This document shows positions 14,682-29,523 of a stretch of DNA of 64,000 bases, one piece after another. The stretch is from Octopus vulgaris. Its lineage: Eukaryota. The stretch is from contig OX597819.1 of assembly GCA_951406725.2 (NCBI GenBank), positions 8,122,001 through 8,186,000 on the forward strand, given 5' to 3'. Numbering within the stretch: position 1 is the first letter of the stretch; each line of letters opens with the position of its first letter. The notes beneath the pieces were generated by a model. That model saw only the letters and a list, made by a program, of their open reading frames with translations, made no database searches and was not told the DNA's origin. A program made the translations under genes and the position numbers.

Positions 14682-15806
14682 TCTTTTACTTGTTTCGGTC
14701 GTTAGACTATGGCCAAACGGGAGCACCGCCTTGAATGGTTTATACTTGAATGAATAGATCCCAACTTATTTTCTTCTGAAGACTGATAATTATTCTGTCG
14801 GTTTCTTTTGTCGAACAGCAAAGTTATGGGGATGTAAACACACCAACACCGGCTGTCAAGCAGAGTGGGGAGAAATACAGACACAAAGACATACATACAT
14901 ACATACACACACACACATATATATATATATATGCATACATAATACTTACATGTATACATACATACATGCATACATACATACATACATGCATACATACATA
15001 CATACATACATACATACATACATACATACATACGACGGACTTTTTCCCCTTTCTGTCTACCAAATCCATTCACAAGGCGTTGGCTGGCCCGCGAAATTTC
15101 TTTTTCCCACGAGAGTTCCGGATCCCACGAGAGTTCGGATCAATGAACTTATTTTTTTGCATATAACCAATCAAAGCACACCTTGACCTTGTAGTCAAGT
15201 TAACAAAGATTGGCATTCAAAATGGCGACCTCCGATTGCTATACGAATCTTGTATTGTGCCAATATCATCGAACATATACGCTGGTTAGCGGTAAGTTTG
15301 AGTTACTACAGCAATAAAACATAATGTTTTTGACAAATATGAAATTACGGAAACTGCTTGAAGGTTTTATAAATACACATTGATTCATTGATACGAATTA
15401 TTTACGTGTGTGTATTGTTAATGTATCTTTAGCTATCCGAGTCCCACATGTGCCTTTTCCTGCGATCTTCAGTGAAAAACAAATTTTATTCATTTTATGA
15501 CCTTTTGTACAAAAGGAAACAAAAAACAGGCACGAAAATGTGTGAGTACTATTTGATCATTAGTAGTAATTATAGACCTATTTATTATAATGATTGTATT
15601 TAATTATATGACACTAGTCTATAGAGTTCTGATTCACTGCATGCAAATGAGTCTATAACTGGGGTCCGGAACTCTCGTGGGAAAATTTTCGCGGTCGGCC
15701 CAAGGCTATGGTAGGAAGCACTTACCCAAGGTGCCACTCAATGGGACTGAACCCGTAAACATGTGGAGGGGAAGTAAACTTTTACCACACAACCACGTCT
15801 CTGCCT
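14682..15806 (-). mobile_element. Older SINE family B copy split by a MITE
   Basis: SINE sequence at 14682-15090 resumes at 15693-15806. Confidence 0.8.
15091..15692. mobile_element. MITE with ~35-bp TIRs and an apparent 9-bp TSD (Mutator-like)
   Basis: Left end GCGAAATTTCTTTTTCCCACGAGAGTTCCGGATCCCA; right end TGGGGTCCGGAACTCTCGTGGGAAAATTTTCGC; flanks GGCTGGCCC and GGTCGGCCC. Confidence 0.8.
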
Positions 15807-15962
15807 ATCTTCATTACATTTTATAGTTCTACGTGGGTATTTGTGTGTGCGCTTGTATGTGTGTGTCTGTGGTGGGGTGTACTTACGATTAATGCAATTG
15901 TACAATTAGTCGTGTGAGTGTGTCGACGTGTATTGAAACATGATTGTTTTTGGTATGTGCAT

Positions 15963-16017
<55 letters not shown>

Positions 16018-16037
16018 CATAATACATATATACATAT

Positions 16038-16092
<55 letters not shown>

Positions 16093-16096
16093 GGAT

Positions 16097-16446
16097 AGGC
16101 GCAATCGTGGCTATGTGGTAAGAAGTTTACTTTCCAACCACATGGTTCTGGGTTCAGTTCCACTGCATAACATCTTGGGTAAATGTCTTCTACTATAGCC
16201 TCAGGCCGACCAAAGCCTTGTGAGTGGATCTGGTTGATGTGTGTGAGTGTGTGTGTGTACGTGCGTGTGTCTGTGTTTGTCCCTCACTACCGCTTTACAA
16301 CTGGTGATGGAGAGTATACGTCCCGTAACTTAGTGGTTCGGCAAAAGCGACCGATAGACTAAGTACTAGGCTTACAAAGAACAAGGCGGTGCTCCAGTAT
16401 GGCCGAACTCAAATGACTGAAACCAGCAAAAGATGAAAAATAAAAG
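16097..16446 (+). mobile_element. SINE family B, diverged
   Basis: Aligns by eye to 6980-7376 with internal deletions. Confidence 0.85.
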
Positions 16447-16476
16447 ATATATATATATACATACACACGCACGCAC

Positions 16477-16580
<104 letters not shown>

Positions 16581-16838
16581 GAGTTAGATAGAAAGTGATA
16601 AAGTATCGAAGCGGGTACCTTTCGAGCATTCAGTTACCGCATCGAGTGGTAAAGTGCATCTAGGATTACTTGAGGTCGGCATCTTCAGTGTATTTCTCCC
16701 GATGTGTAAATCCTGGGTTCGCTTCGCAGGATTAGAAATAATTTACAGAGTGTGTATCTAAGACAATTACAATGAATATGGATACTTCTGCATAATTAAT
16801 ACTTCTGCATAATTGTATATTCCTGCAGTCAATTATAT

Positions 16839-17163
16839 GGTGGAAGCACTCCGTCGGTTACGACGACGAGGGTTCCGATTGATCCGAATCAACGGAACAG
16901 CCTGCTCGTGAAATTAACGTGTAAGTGGCTGCGCACTCCACAGACACGTAGTTCTGGGGAATATTCAGCGTGACACAGAGAGTGACAAGGCCGGCCCTTG
17001 AAACAGGAAGTAAGAGTGAGAGAAAGTTGTGGTGAAAGAGTACTGCCGGAGCCTCGTGGAGTTTTAGGAGTTTTCGCTCAATAAACACTCACAACGCCCG
17101 GTCTGGGAATCGAAACCGCGATCCTACGACCGCGAGTCCGCTGCCCTAACCACTGGGCCTCCA
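16839..17163 (-). mobile_element. SINE family A with internal deletions, 13-bp TSD
   Basis: Reverse complement of family A; TSD CAGTCAATTATAT on both sides. Confidence 0.9.
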
Positions 17164-17266
17164 CAGTCAATTATATAGCATATTTGATTTAAATGTGTGT
17201 GACTAACTTTCTGCTGCGTTGACATGCCGCAAATTGTATTTGCACCCAGTTACATTTAATTGGTTA

Positions 17267-18128
17267 CTAGCTGACGTACCCGGTAATTTCGGGGAAAGCG
17301 GGGCTTATGCCTTGGTTCCGTTCTTATAATTGTTTCGTTAATCCAATAAAGACAATACAAAGTATGTAGCCCATAAAATGGTTTTTGTGCATTTACAGAG
17401 AATACGAGAATACCGAACTATCTCATACAGGATCTTGTTCTAAGGAATTCCCAGTAAATTATGAATACCAAAATTGTGAAGTCAGTTATGTAATAACATG
17501 AAATTAGTTACCCGATAGTAATAATTCAAATAAAGTAGCCCACATATAGTAGCATACATATAGAACATAGGAGGAAATACTAATAAGGGATGTGTAGTAA
17601 AATCATGAAGCATGTTACGTAATAACAGGCTAATCAGATACGAGATAATAACAATTCAAAGTAAATAACTCTGAAAAGGCTTTTGAGCGTTCCCAGAGAA
17701 TATTACCCTCAGGGGAGCTAGTGTTGTATATTCGTGAATAAGTCGCTAACCAAAATATGTGGATCTATTCTTTAGGAAAACACTATTTACTTGTTTAAGG
17801 GTTGTGCTGGATAAATTGCGAAAATAACTCTAACAGTTCAAATACTAAAAAATAAGGATACACAATTTGATTTATACCAAATGATTTAGGAAAATGAATG
17901 GGTTATTTCCCTTGACTTTTAAAATGAAATATAGTAGATATATATAAGGATCCCTTCCATGGGCCCTATTATCAATTTTTTTTTCAACAATCTGAGTATG
18001 CCATGAGGTTTCCAGACATGAGTTCTATTCACGTGTCAAGTTTCATCAAATTCGATAAAACGATGTAGGAGTTAGGTAACAACTCCAGAAACACATCCAC
18101 AGACGGAATTTCCCACACATGTAGTAGA
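17267..18128 (-). mobile_element. Non-autonomous Helitron-like element
   Basis: On minus it starts A|TCTACTAC and ends CCCGAAATTACCGGGTACGTCAGCTAG|T: 5'-TC, subterminal hairpin, 3'-CTAG, A|T target. Confidence 0.65.
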
Positions 18129-18541
18129 TTAATCTATGTGCCTTCATTCAAGGTCCTGCCATTGACGCGGTCTGAAGCTAACTAAGGATATTTAGGTTTA
18201 GCTAGTGCTATATTTAGTTGGTAACTACAGTTTTTGAGTGCCAAGAGTGTGAGAGGAAGATTTGAAAAGCAAATACGTCTATAAAAATTGGTAACACGCT
18301 GACCCTATTATGACGCCAAGTCTGTATTTGGAGTTAAGAATACTAGACCTTTAATCAGGTCAGAGAATATTTTTTCTAACCTCTAGCCTTTGTTGGATTA
18401 AGAATTAATTGCTTTCAGAGATATTGGGTGCAATTACTGGTTACTAATTCAGATATAATTTAAATATTTTAGATACGTAGAAGACATTTAAATCAAATAT
18501 GCTGTAGAAACAAAATTATGCAGATTTATTAATTGTAATTG

Positions 18542-18593
<52 letters not shown>

Positions 18594-18601
<8 letters not shown>

Positions 18602-18826
18602 GTTGTATACTGTCAACTGAATGTGACAGTCCCGTAAGGGAATTACACCACCACCATTTAGTCCTAGGAAACATCGACGTTTCCTGTCAGCTTTGACACA
18701 TTTTCTGCGTCCTTATATTTGTGAAGGGGAGGCAATCACCCCTGCCAGCTGGGACTAGCGATATAGTGGTTGTATACTGTCAACTCAATGTGTCACATTG
18801 ATTTGATAGTATACAACCACTATATC
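18594..18826. repeat. Short interspersed repeat with a direct re-start and a terminal 33-bp-arm hairpin
   Basis: ATATAGTGGTTGTATACTGTCAACT occurs at 18594 and 18761; 18760-18826 is a palindrome with 2 mismatches. Confidence 0.75.
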
Positions 18827-18949
18827 ACTCCACCACCGCTCATGTCTCTCTGAGACATTTAGAAATTCAATATTTCTAATTCCGGTGATCAGTGAATAAA
18901 TTTTACTGAAAATAGGATATATTTGCGGGGAGGTTGCAGTCATCTCAGC

Positions 18950-19440
18950 GAGTGAGACTTGCTACCCTGGATGGTAACATCGCGCAGAAGTGTTTGTGTC
19001 GGTTTTTCGGATTTGCGGTTGGGAGTTGAATTTTGTTGTTATTGATACAAATTGGAGAGGATGGGCAAAGAATCTGGCATCAGAGGAGCACTGACCAATT
19101 CAAGTCATGTAATAGCTTTCGATAAAATTGAACGCCAATACTTGGTGTCTGTTCTCGCAATGCCGTCTCCCGGCGATTGAGGTTGCTGTAATGAAACGTG
19201 ACATCTATTCAATGCTTAGGATGAAGGAACACTTATCAGAACGATTTAGTCTTATGCGCTCATGCATAAGCATTCCTGATGTCCGAAGTTATGTCGAGCA
19301 CCTGCTGAATGATGGAGCCGGCTTTTAGCGGAGTTCATTATGTATATTGACCATCAGCCTTCCTTTAACCGAGAATGACAGGTAATCTTTGTCTGGTGAG
19401 CTAAACGAAAGAGGTTGTGTAGTGGATCAGACTAGAATGG
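18950..19440 (+). mobile_element. Very decayed Tx1/L1-like RT fragment
   Basis: GIRGALTNSSHVIAFDKIERQYLVSVL aligns with LVYMDQCKAFDRVDHQYLGAVL of the 33-kb copy. Boundaries approximate. Confidence 0.55.
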
Positions 19441-20029
19441 CTGAATACAGAAAGTGCCGGGAGACGGCATTGCGAGAACAGACACCAAGTATTGGCGTTC
19501 AACTTTATCGAAAGCTATTACATGACTTGAATTGGTCAGTACTCCTCTCATGCTAGATTCTTTACCCATCCTCTCCAATTTGTATCATTGGAAGCGAAGG
19601 TTATCGTTAAGCAGAAGTAGTGGCGGTGGGTGGCATCATAGTCGTACGTTGAAAGGAATTCTTAGAGGTTTGGATAATTCACCTTTGGAAACAAGCTCTC
19701 ATCAACTTTATCAAGTTTCTCTCAAAAAGAAAGCGAGTGTACAATGATAAGTGCTATCGTTCAGCAAATTTGTTAAAAGGGTGATGAGGATGATAGGGCT
19801 AATTTGAGTGGACGGTCTTGCTTTAGGTATGCGCCTATAGACTGACGGAGGAAGATAGGGGTAGGGCAGTTGCTCTTGTGAAAGTGACCTTGGCATTGTA
19901 GAATTTCAACGAAGCGCCAGCGGAGGTCTCTTGTCTCTCCTGCTTCTTTGCTTCTGCTATTTTGCTATTTACACGCTTTTATGTAATACCATCTTGTCAT
20001 GTTCTGTACAGTCCTCGATCATTTTTGTG

Positions 20030-20396
20030 AAACCTTATTTCATCGATACCGGGAGGATAAAAGAAAGAATATAACCTTGGTGGTATTTGAACACAGAACG
20101 TAAAGATGAACAAAATGATGTTAAGAATTTTGACCGGAGTGCTAACGATTCTGCCAGCTCGCCACCTTAATAATAACAATCATTATTATTATGTCTACTC
20201 TGGGCACAAGGCCTTGAACATTTTGGGAGAAGGGGACTAGACGATTACATCGCCCCCAGTGCGTAACTGGCATTTTTTTCATCGGCCTCGAAAAATGAAA
20301 GGCTAAGTCAACTTCGGCGGAACTTGAATTCAGAACGTAAAGATGGACGAAATACCGCTAAGCATTTCGCCCGGCGTGCTAAAGATTCTGCCATCT
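20030..20396 (-). mobile_element. Two adjacent SINE family C (MetaSINE-domain) copies
   Basis: Reverse complement of AGGCGGCGAGCTGGCAGAATCGTTAGCAC..TTCTGAGTTCAAATTCCGCCGAGGTCGACTTTGCCTTTCATCC. Confidence 0.8.
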
Positions 20397-20399
20397 CAA

Positions 20400-20790
20400 T
20401 AAAAGGAATCTGATGAATTAAGTAAATATAAGGACCTGGAAATTGAAATACAAAAGATGTGGCATCTTAAAGCGAGAACTGTTCGTGTTATTGTAGGTGC
20501 CCCAAGTATGATAAAAGAAGGTGGGGGATGTCAGAATTATCTAGATAACATCCCAGAAGAATCATGTCTGTGAGAAATCCAAAATATTGTGATGACAAGT
20601 ACTGCCCACATCCTTATAAAAACCTTATCAAATTAAATGCCCGTGTTGTATTACATGAATATATTTCGTTATTGCCCTTGTTACTTCCCCTCTCTAAGCT
20701 TTCAGTCATACTGTAACATCTCTTACCTCACTCGTCATAGGACGCTGGGTGTATTCCGGCAAGTGATTGTAACAAACATGCAGGTTAAAA
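20400..20790 (+). mobile_element. Dong/R4 LINE extreme 3' end, followed by (AAT)n(GAT)n
   Basis: LSKYKDLEIEIQKMWHLKARTVRVIVGA..IQNIVMTSTAHILIKTLS, then 3'UTR and TAA tail. Confidence 0.85.
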
Positions 20791-20805
20791 GTAAATAATA
20801 ATAAC

Positions 20806-20954
<149 letters not shown>

Positions 20955-20959
20955 TAATA

Positions 20960-22825
<1,866 letters not shown>

Positions 22826-22974
22826 CCTTTCTGTTATAGGCACAAGTGTTACCTGCCCGATTAAAGGAAATTGTTGTGGTAATCCTCAGTATGGACACAG
22901 CCGACAGATAGATCCGTCCGACACACGATTGCAGCTATTCAATATAACTCCACAGGTCAGGAATTCCTGGACGC

Positions 22975-23485
22975 TGAATGGATGAAAAGCAAAGTCAGCC
23001 TCGGCGGAATTTGAACTCAGAACGTAAAGAGCCGGAAGAAATACCTATTTCTTTACTACCCACAAGGGGCTAAACACAGAAGGGACACTACCCACAAGGG
23101 GCTAAACACAGAAGGGACAAACAAGGACAGACAAACAGATTAAGTCGATTATATCGACTCCAGTGCATAACTAGTACTTAATTAATCGACCCCAAAAGGA
23201 TGAAAGCAAAGTCGACCTCGGCGGAATTTGAACTCAGAACGTAACGGCAGACGAAATACCTGTTTCTTTACTACCCACAAGGGGCTAAACACAGAGAGGA
23301 CAAACAAGGACAGACAAACAGATTAAGTCGATTATATCGACCCCAGTGCGTAACTGGTACTTAATTTTATCGAACCCGAAAGGATGAAAGGCAAAGTCGA
23401 CCTCGGCGGAATTTGAACCCAGAACGTAGCGGCAGACGAAATACCGCTAAGCATTTCGCTCGGTGTGCTAACAATTCTGCCCCTT
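22975..23485 (-). mobile_element. Tandem trimer of SINE family C (MetaSINE domain)
   Basis: Three GGATGAAA..AAAGTC..CCTCGGCGGAATTTGAAC units separated by CTACCCACAAGGGGCTAAACACAGA linkers. Confidence 0.85.
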
Positions 23486-23706
23486 TCTACTATAATTCTT
23501 TCTAATACAATTTCAGGCAATATTAAAATTTCAAACAATTTGAACTCAGAACATAAACCCAGAAGAAATGTCTCTAAGCATTTTTTCTGGTGCAGTAACG
23601 ATGATCATGTAGGAACAAGACCAGCAAGTTTTTGATTATTTCGACTAATATCTTATTTTATAGACCGCGAATGATTATCTTCTCTCTCTCCCCTTTCCTC
23701 TCTCTG

Positions 23707-23992
<286 letters not shown>

Positions 23993-25165
23993 ATGTTTGT
24001 CTGTCTTTCAGCCTGTCCGTCTGTCTATCTATTGATCTATCGATGCAGGGCGGTGGATTATAATATGTAAATGCACATATGTATGTGTCTATGTGTGTTC
24101 CGGGTGTGTATGTGTGTGTGTTTGTGTATGCGTATGTGTGTGAGTGTGTGAGTGTGTGTGTGTGAATGTGTAAGTGAGTATGTGTGCGCTTGAGTGTATA
24201 TATGTGTTTGTCTTCTAATTATTTCGCGAGAAGCTTTTTGTAAGATCTAAAGACTTGTAAGATAGAGACATCTATTACGAAAGTCCAGTCGGCTTTCATT
24301 TTGTAACTATAAAGGATGAAACCAAAATAAATTACCACAGGCAAGTATATTTATTAGTGAATAGTTAACCAAACGGTATATTATTGTCAGTGCTAAATGA
24401 TCTAAGCGATAGTTGATTTAGTCAAGGTTAATAACCTTCAATAAAATTCCCAGTCAACCTGCAAGTACTGCTGTCTGGGAGAGAAGTTCGCTTAACACCC
24501 TTAACGGGTTGTGTGTTCATTGAACCTCTAATGTCGCTCCCACCACCTCTCTTATTACATCAAATAGGAGAAGTAAAAGCAGTCAACGTAATAGAATGGC
24601 AAATAAGCAAGCTCAGCGTTTGATGGCGGCTCTCATAACAAGCTGATACTTGATTATGTTTGCGTACAACGATGCTTTCGTTCAAACATTTAAGTTCGTT
24701 AAACTAATGCAATAGTCGCTAGATTAAATAGTTTACTGTAAATACGATTGCTATAGAAACCGTTAATAATAATTTAATCCGACTTTCTCCTGATTCTGTC
24801 TCGTTCCCTTTTTTGTTATTTAAATGTATACATATAATGACTAACCTGAAGACGTAAAGAAAACATTACATTCGTTTCTCCAATTACATGGATTTTTATA
24901 GAGTAAAAGCAGTCTCTTTCCTGGAGAGAAGAAGAGTCAATGGTTTGACAATTGGTGCTTTAATGATGCTTACTTTCAGGCATGGTTGCTTCACAAACGA
25001 AACCCATTATGGTAATGATTCAGATTTTGTGATAACCACCTGCAGCAAAGATTTCTCTGAAGGAAAAATATGTCAACTGAAGGAAAAAGCGTTCATCTTG
25101 GCTCTGACCAAACATACTGCAAAACTTTTGTTCTAGTGCATGCCTGCAAAACTGCCGCTACGCGT

Positions 25166-25166
<1 letters not shown>

Positions 25167-25202
<36 letters not shown>

Positions 25203-25233
25203 GCTGCTACTACTACTACTACTACTACTGCTG

Positions 25234-25276
<43 letters not shown>

Positions 25277-25443
25277 CACTACTACTGCTACTCTCACTCT
25301 CTCTGCTGCTGCTGCTCTCTCTCTCACACTCTCTCTGCTGCTGCTGCTCTCTCTCCTCTCTCTCTCTCTCTCTCTGCTGCTGCTGCTGCTGCTCTCTGCT
25401 CTCTCTCTCTCTCTCTCTACTGCTGCTGCTGCTGCTGCTGCTA
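25167..25443. repeat. (CTA)n/(CTG)n/(CT)n compound microsatellite
   Basis: Directly visible. Confidence 0.95.
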
Positions 25444-25540
25444 CCATTGGTGTTGAGTTCAATATGTAAGGTAGGATGTCAGTTACACTAAAATACTGTT
25501 TTTACTGCCATCTACTAATACTAGTATTTCGAGACGTTCT

Positions 25541-25730
25541 AAGGCAGTCAGTTGGCAGAATCGTTAGCACGTCATCTTCACGTTCTGAGTTCAAATTCCG
25601 CCGAGGTTGACTTAGTCTTTCATCCTGTCGGGGTTCGATAAACTAAGTACAAGTTGAGTACTGGAGTCGATGTAATCGACATAACTCATCCGCCGATCTT
25701 TCTGGCCATGGGCCAAAATTTGAAACTAAT
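25541..25730 (+). mobile_element. SINE family C
   Basis: TTGGCAGAATCGTTAGCACG..TTCAAATTCCGCCGAGGTTGAC..TTTCATCCTGTCGGGG. Confidence 0.8.
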
Positions 25731-25804
25731 ACTTTGAGACATTGGGAGGGTATACGCTGTTACTCGGCGTACTAGAAACAACAGTGAAATATCCCTCCAA
25801 TCAT

Positions 25805-26189
25805 GGGAAGCCCTCCGTCAGTTACGACGATGAGGGTTCCGGTTGAGCCGAATCAACGGAACAGCCTGCTCGTGAAATTAACGTGTAAGTGGCTGAGCAC
25901 TCCACAGACACGTGTACCCTTAACGTAGTTCTCGGGGATATTCAGCGTGACACAGAGAGTGACAAGGCCGGCCCCTTGAAATACAGGTACAACAGAAACA
26001 GGAAGTAAGAGTGAGAGAAAGTTGTGGTGAAAGAGTACAGCAGGGATCACCACCATCCTCTGCCGGAGCCTCGTGGAGCTTTAGGTGTTTTCGCTCAATA
26101 AACACTCACAACGCCCGGTCTGGGAATCGAAACCGCGATCCTATGACCGCGAGTCCGCTGCCCTAACCACTGGGCCATTGCGCCTCCAC
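25805..26189 (-). mobile_element. SINE family A, full length, with TSD
   Basis: Reverse complement of 1423-1806; flanked by CCCTCCAATCAT on both sides. Confidence 0.92.
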
Positions 26190-27719
26190 CCCTCCAATCA
26201 TACGACACGTAGTTGAATGTAGCCCTGGATACATTATGTTTGAAAATATAAGATGATCATGACTAAAACGCTCATTTCATAGATTACATGGATTAGAACT
26301 GACCCGGACTATACGACCACAATTAGTGTTATCTTTTTGTTAATTCCCTGTGACTCGGTTCCAAATTTTTCTAAGAATTTGTTTCGCAAAACCATTTTCT
26401 GCCTCTGGTTATTTCTTAACGAATTAAAATTTGCGTTTCACATAGTTTGCGTACTTTTCAAAGTTTTTGTTATTTTTCTCTTAACTCTCATTCCATTGTT
26501 ATCATGTAGAATATTGCTGCGACTCCATTTATCCTAACTGATTGTTAGTGCTTTGTGGAATGTCTTCCGTTGAACTGTTATCCTACATAATTACACACAA
26601 AAGCATATTGAAGCTTATATAATTAATAGTTAACAATGGAGCTGATGCTTGTTCTCCCTAATCTTAGTTTTGCATGATTTCATTAATTTTCTTACATTTT
26701 AGTAGACAGTGTACATCTCTGGATAATGTGTTGGTATAGCAACAAGGCTATACACTGACTACACGCCACTAGTAGGTTCTATCTATCTATCTATCTATCT
26801 GCTTGTCTGTTTGTCTGTCTGTCAGTCTGTCTTAAAGCTGTCAGAACTTGGTAATTTCTGCATTGTCCCCACAAAACTTTTTTTTTTTTTTTTTTGGTGG
26901 GGTGGTTATAGACTTTTTAAAATTTAAAACGAGGATTTCCCAGGGTTTCCTTACAGTTCATGTAATCTATTAAAATCTCACCCGTTCACTCTTCTTCAGT
27001 TTCTCAATGTTTCATTTTCTCGCTTTTCAGTTTTCGTTTTCATTTCCCAACTGTTCCTTTCTTTCCCTTGCTCATTTTACCTGTCATGTTCACAAGTGCT
27101 TTGACTTATACTAACTTCTCTTAACTTGTATTAGTGTTCCCTATTTTGTTATCATAATATACCCCACTCTCCCCTTTTACCTTCCCAACCTTTCCGAATA
27201 ACGGCGTTGCCCTGTTATCTCTCTGGACTAGTGTATCTCTGTTTAAATATCAGAAATATATGTCTAATATTTTGTGAAAAGTGGACAGATTTGGGGAAGA
27301 AAAGAAAAGAGAATAAAGATTTGTTACCTTGTAATCTTATTTATTTATCAGTTTCTGTTAAAATCCAAAGAAAACATTGTTATAAGTAATGCAAAATGAA
27401 AAGCAAAAGTGATATTTAAAATGATAAAAAAAGGTTACAGTTCCTCTGAATGGTATTGCTTCCAGAAGCTCTCCAAAGTTATATGCTACAAATTTTGCAC
27501 GTGAAACTAGTTCTTTTTGTTTTAGGAGTGACATTGAGATCGGTAAATCTAAATTACACAGTTTTTGCGCTTTCCAGAAAGGAATATAGTTTACTTCAGA
27601 TGAAATCGCGAATTCTGACGTGTCATCTGCGTGTGTTTTCCAGCATTTGAAAAAACTCATTTTTTTCTTACATAAAATCCAACGCGGATTTGACTTCTGA
27701 GAAATATTAGAGTGCAAGA

Positions 27720-27937
27720 GATCCTTTCTAGTATAGATACAAGGCCTGAAATTTGGGTGGGGGAGGAGAATAGACAATCACATCGACCTCCAACACTTGA
27801 CTGGCAAAATCATCGACTCCGAAAGGATGAAAGACAAAGTCGATCTCGGCGGAATTTGAACTCAGAACGTAAAGACGGATGAAATACCGCTTAGCATTTT
27901 TGCCCGGCGTGTTAACGATTCTGCCAGCTTACCGCCT
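27720..27937 (-). mobile_element. SINE family C with 15-bp TSD
   Basis: TSD TATTAGAGTGCAAGA on both sides; MetaSINE-like core. Confidence 0.9.
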
Positions 27938-28434
27938 TATTAGAGTGCAAGATATAAGAGTTGTACATACGGTTCAGAATATTAATGAACATCTTCTATG
28001 GCCACTTTCATGTTTTCCTTTTAGAGACGCATAGAGGTGAAGGTCATAAAGGTTAACGTTACTCATGGTGGTTCCCTTTAATAATTTTTGGTGTTTGTTT
28101 CTTTTGGCACCGTTTTGAGATGGTTCGCTTCAGTTTTGCGGAACATGCTAATAGCAAAAGAATCACATTTCAGATTTTCTTACCCAACACCAAATAGAGC
28201 GTTGTATGGAGATAGGACAGTTTTCGTTTGAAAGTTTGGGGGTAGTCTCTTTCCTTTTGTTCGACTTCTTTTAGTGACAGAATATTTTGATTGTAGGGTT
28301 CACGAAACGAAACCGATGTGCAGAAATTGACAGTATAGAGGTCAACTTCTCAGTGAAATAAAGCATAGAAATCCCAACGAAGGGACCTAAATGTGTCATG
28401 TTTGAAAACTGACACACAAATACTCTCTCTCTCT

Positions 28435-28814
28435 CTCTTTTGCTCTTTTGCTTGTTTCAGTCATTTGACTGCGGCCATGCTGGAGCACCGCCTTTAGTCG
28501 AGCAAATCGACCCCGGATCTTATTCTTTGTAAGCCCAGTACTTATTCTATCGGTCTCTTTTGCCGAACCGCTAAGTTACGGCGACATAAACACACCAGCA
28601 TCGGTTGTCAAGCGATGTTGGGGAGACAAACACACGCATATATACATATATACGACAATTTCTTTCAGTTTCCGTCTACCAAATCCACTCACAAGGATTT
28701 GGTCGGCCCGAGGCTATAGTAGAAAACACTTGCCCAAGGTGCCACGCAGTGGGACTGAACCCGGAACCATGTGGTTGGTAAGCAAGCTATTTACCACACA
28801 GCCACTCCTGCGCC
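28435..28814 (-). mobile_element. SINE family B, full length
   Basis: Reverse complement of 6980-7376. Confidence 0.9.
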
Positions 28815-29523
28815 TAATGTGTAACATATAAATAAAGGTAACATAAATGTGTCTAGTTTGAAAATTGAACAAAAAAACACGGTGTTTCCTGTGAGAGTTT
28901 AATCAATTAAACATACCTTTTTTCATAATTAGCCTCATATTTATGAAAAATACCAGAAATAGCCTTCATCGTAGATCCTATTTCCCCAGGTCCCAGACCT
29001 AGGTCTTTTTCTCAAAAGTGTATGTTTCAATACTTTGACTTTAAGCGTAATTGGTAAACTCTTGTACAATTCCTAGAATGAAGTTTCGAGTAAATAAAGC
29101 CAAAAAGAAATTTACTTGTTTAATTGATGTTATCCAATAACCCAGTTTGTTTTAAAAATTGGAAATTACGCGGTGGCACCGTATGTGATTGAAGATCATT
29201 CACAATGAACCAAGTTATAACCTTAAGCTGCGTGCCTTCATCGCTCAACGAGCCTAAAATTCGGACACTTTTAATTCTGAATCTTCGTAATTTAAGGGAT
29301 AGAAGTAGAGGAATTAACTTCTCCAGTATCGGACATTCGTAACAAAACGTAAAATGAAGGCTATTGCATCTACTCAAAACTATTTTCGATTTAGTTGAAT
29401 AATCGTGATCTCACAACAAACAGTGTAACAAAATTAAACTGCGCTAAAAGAAAAAAGAACAAAAAACAAACGGAATAACAGGCAGGTGACACATTGTCAA
29501 TAAAGTGAAGCATTTATAGCAAA

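Noticed and set aside
24888-25136. 82-aa plus-strand ORF
   Set aside because: No motif or exon structure that I can support.
29120-29377. 85-aa minus-strand ORF in unique sequence as a possible host exon
   Set aside because: No recognisable domain, non-ATG start and no consistent splice-site phase.
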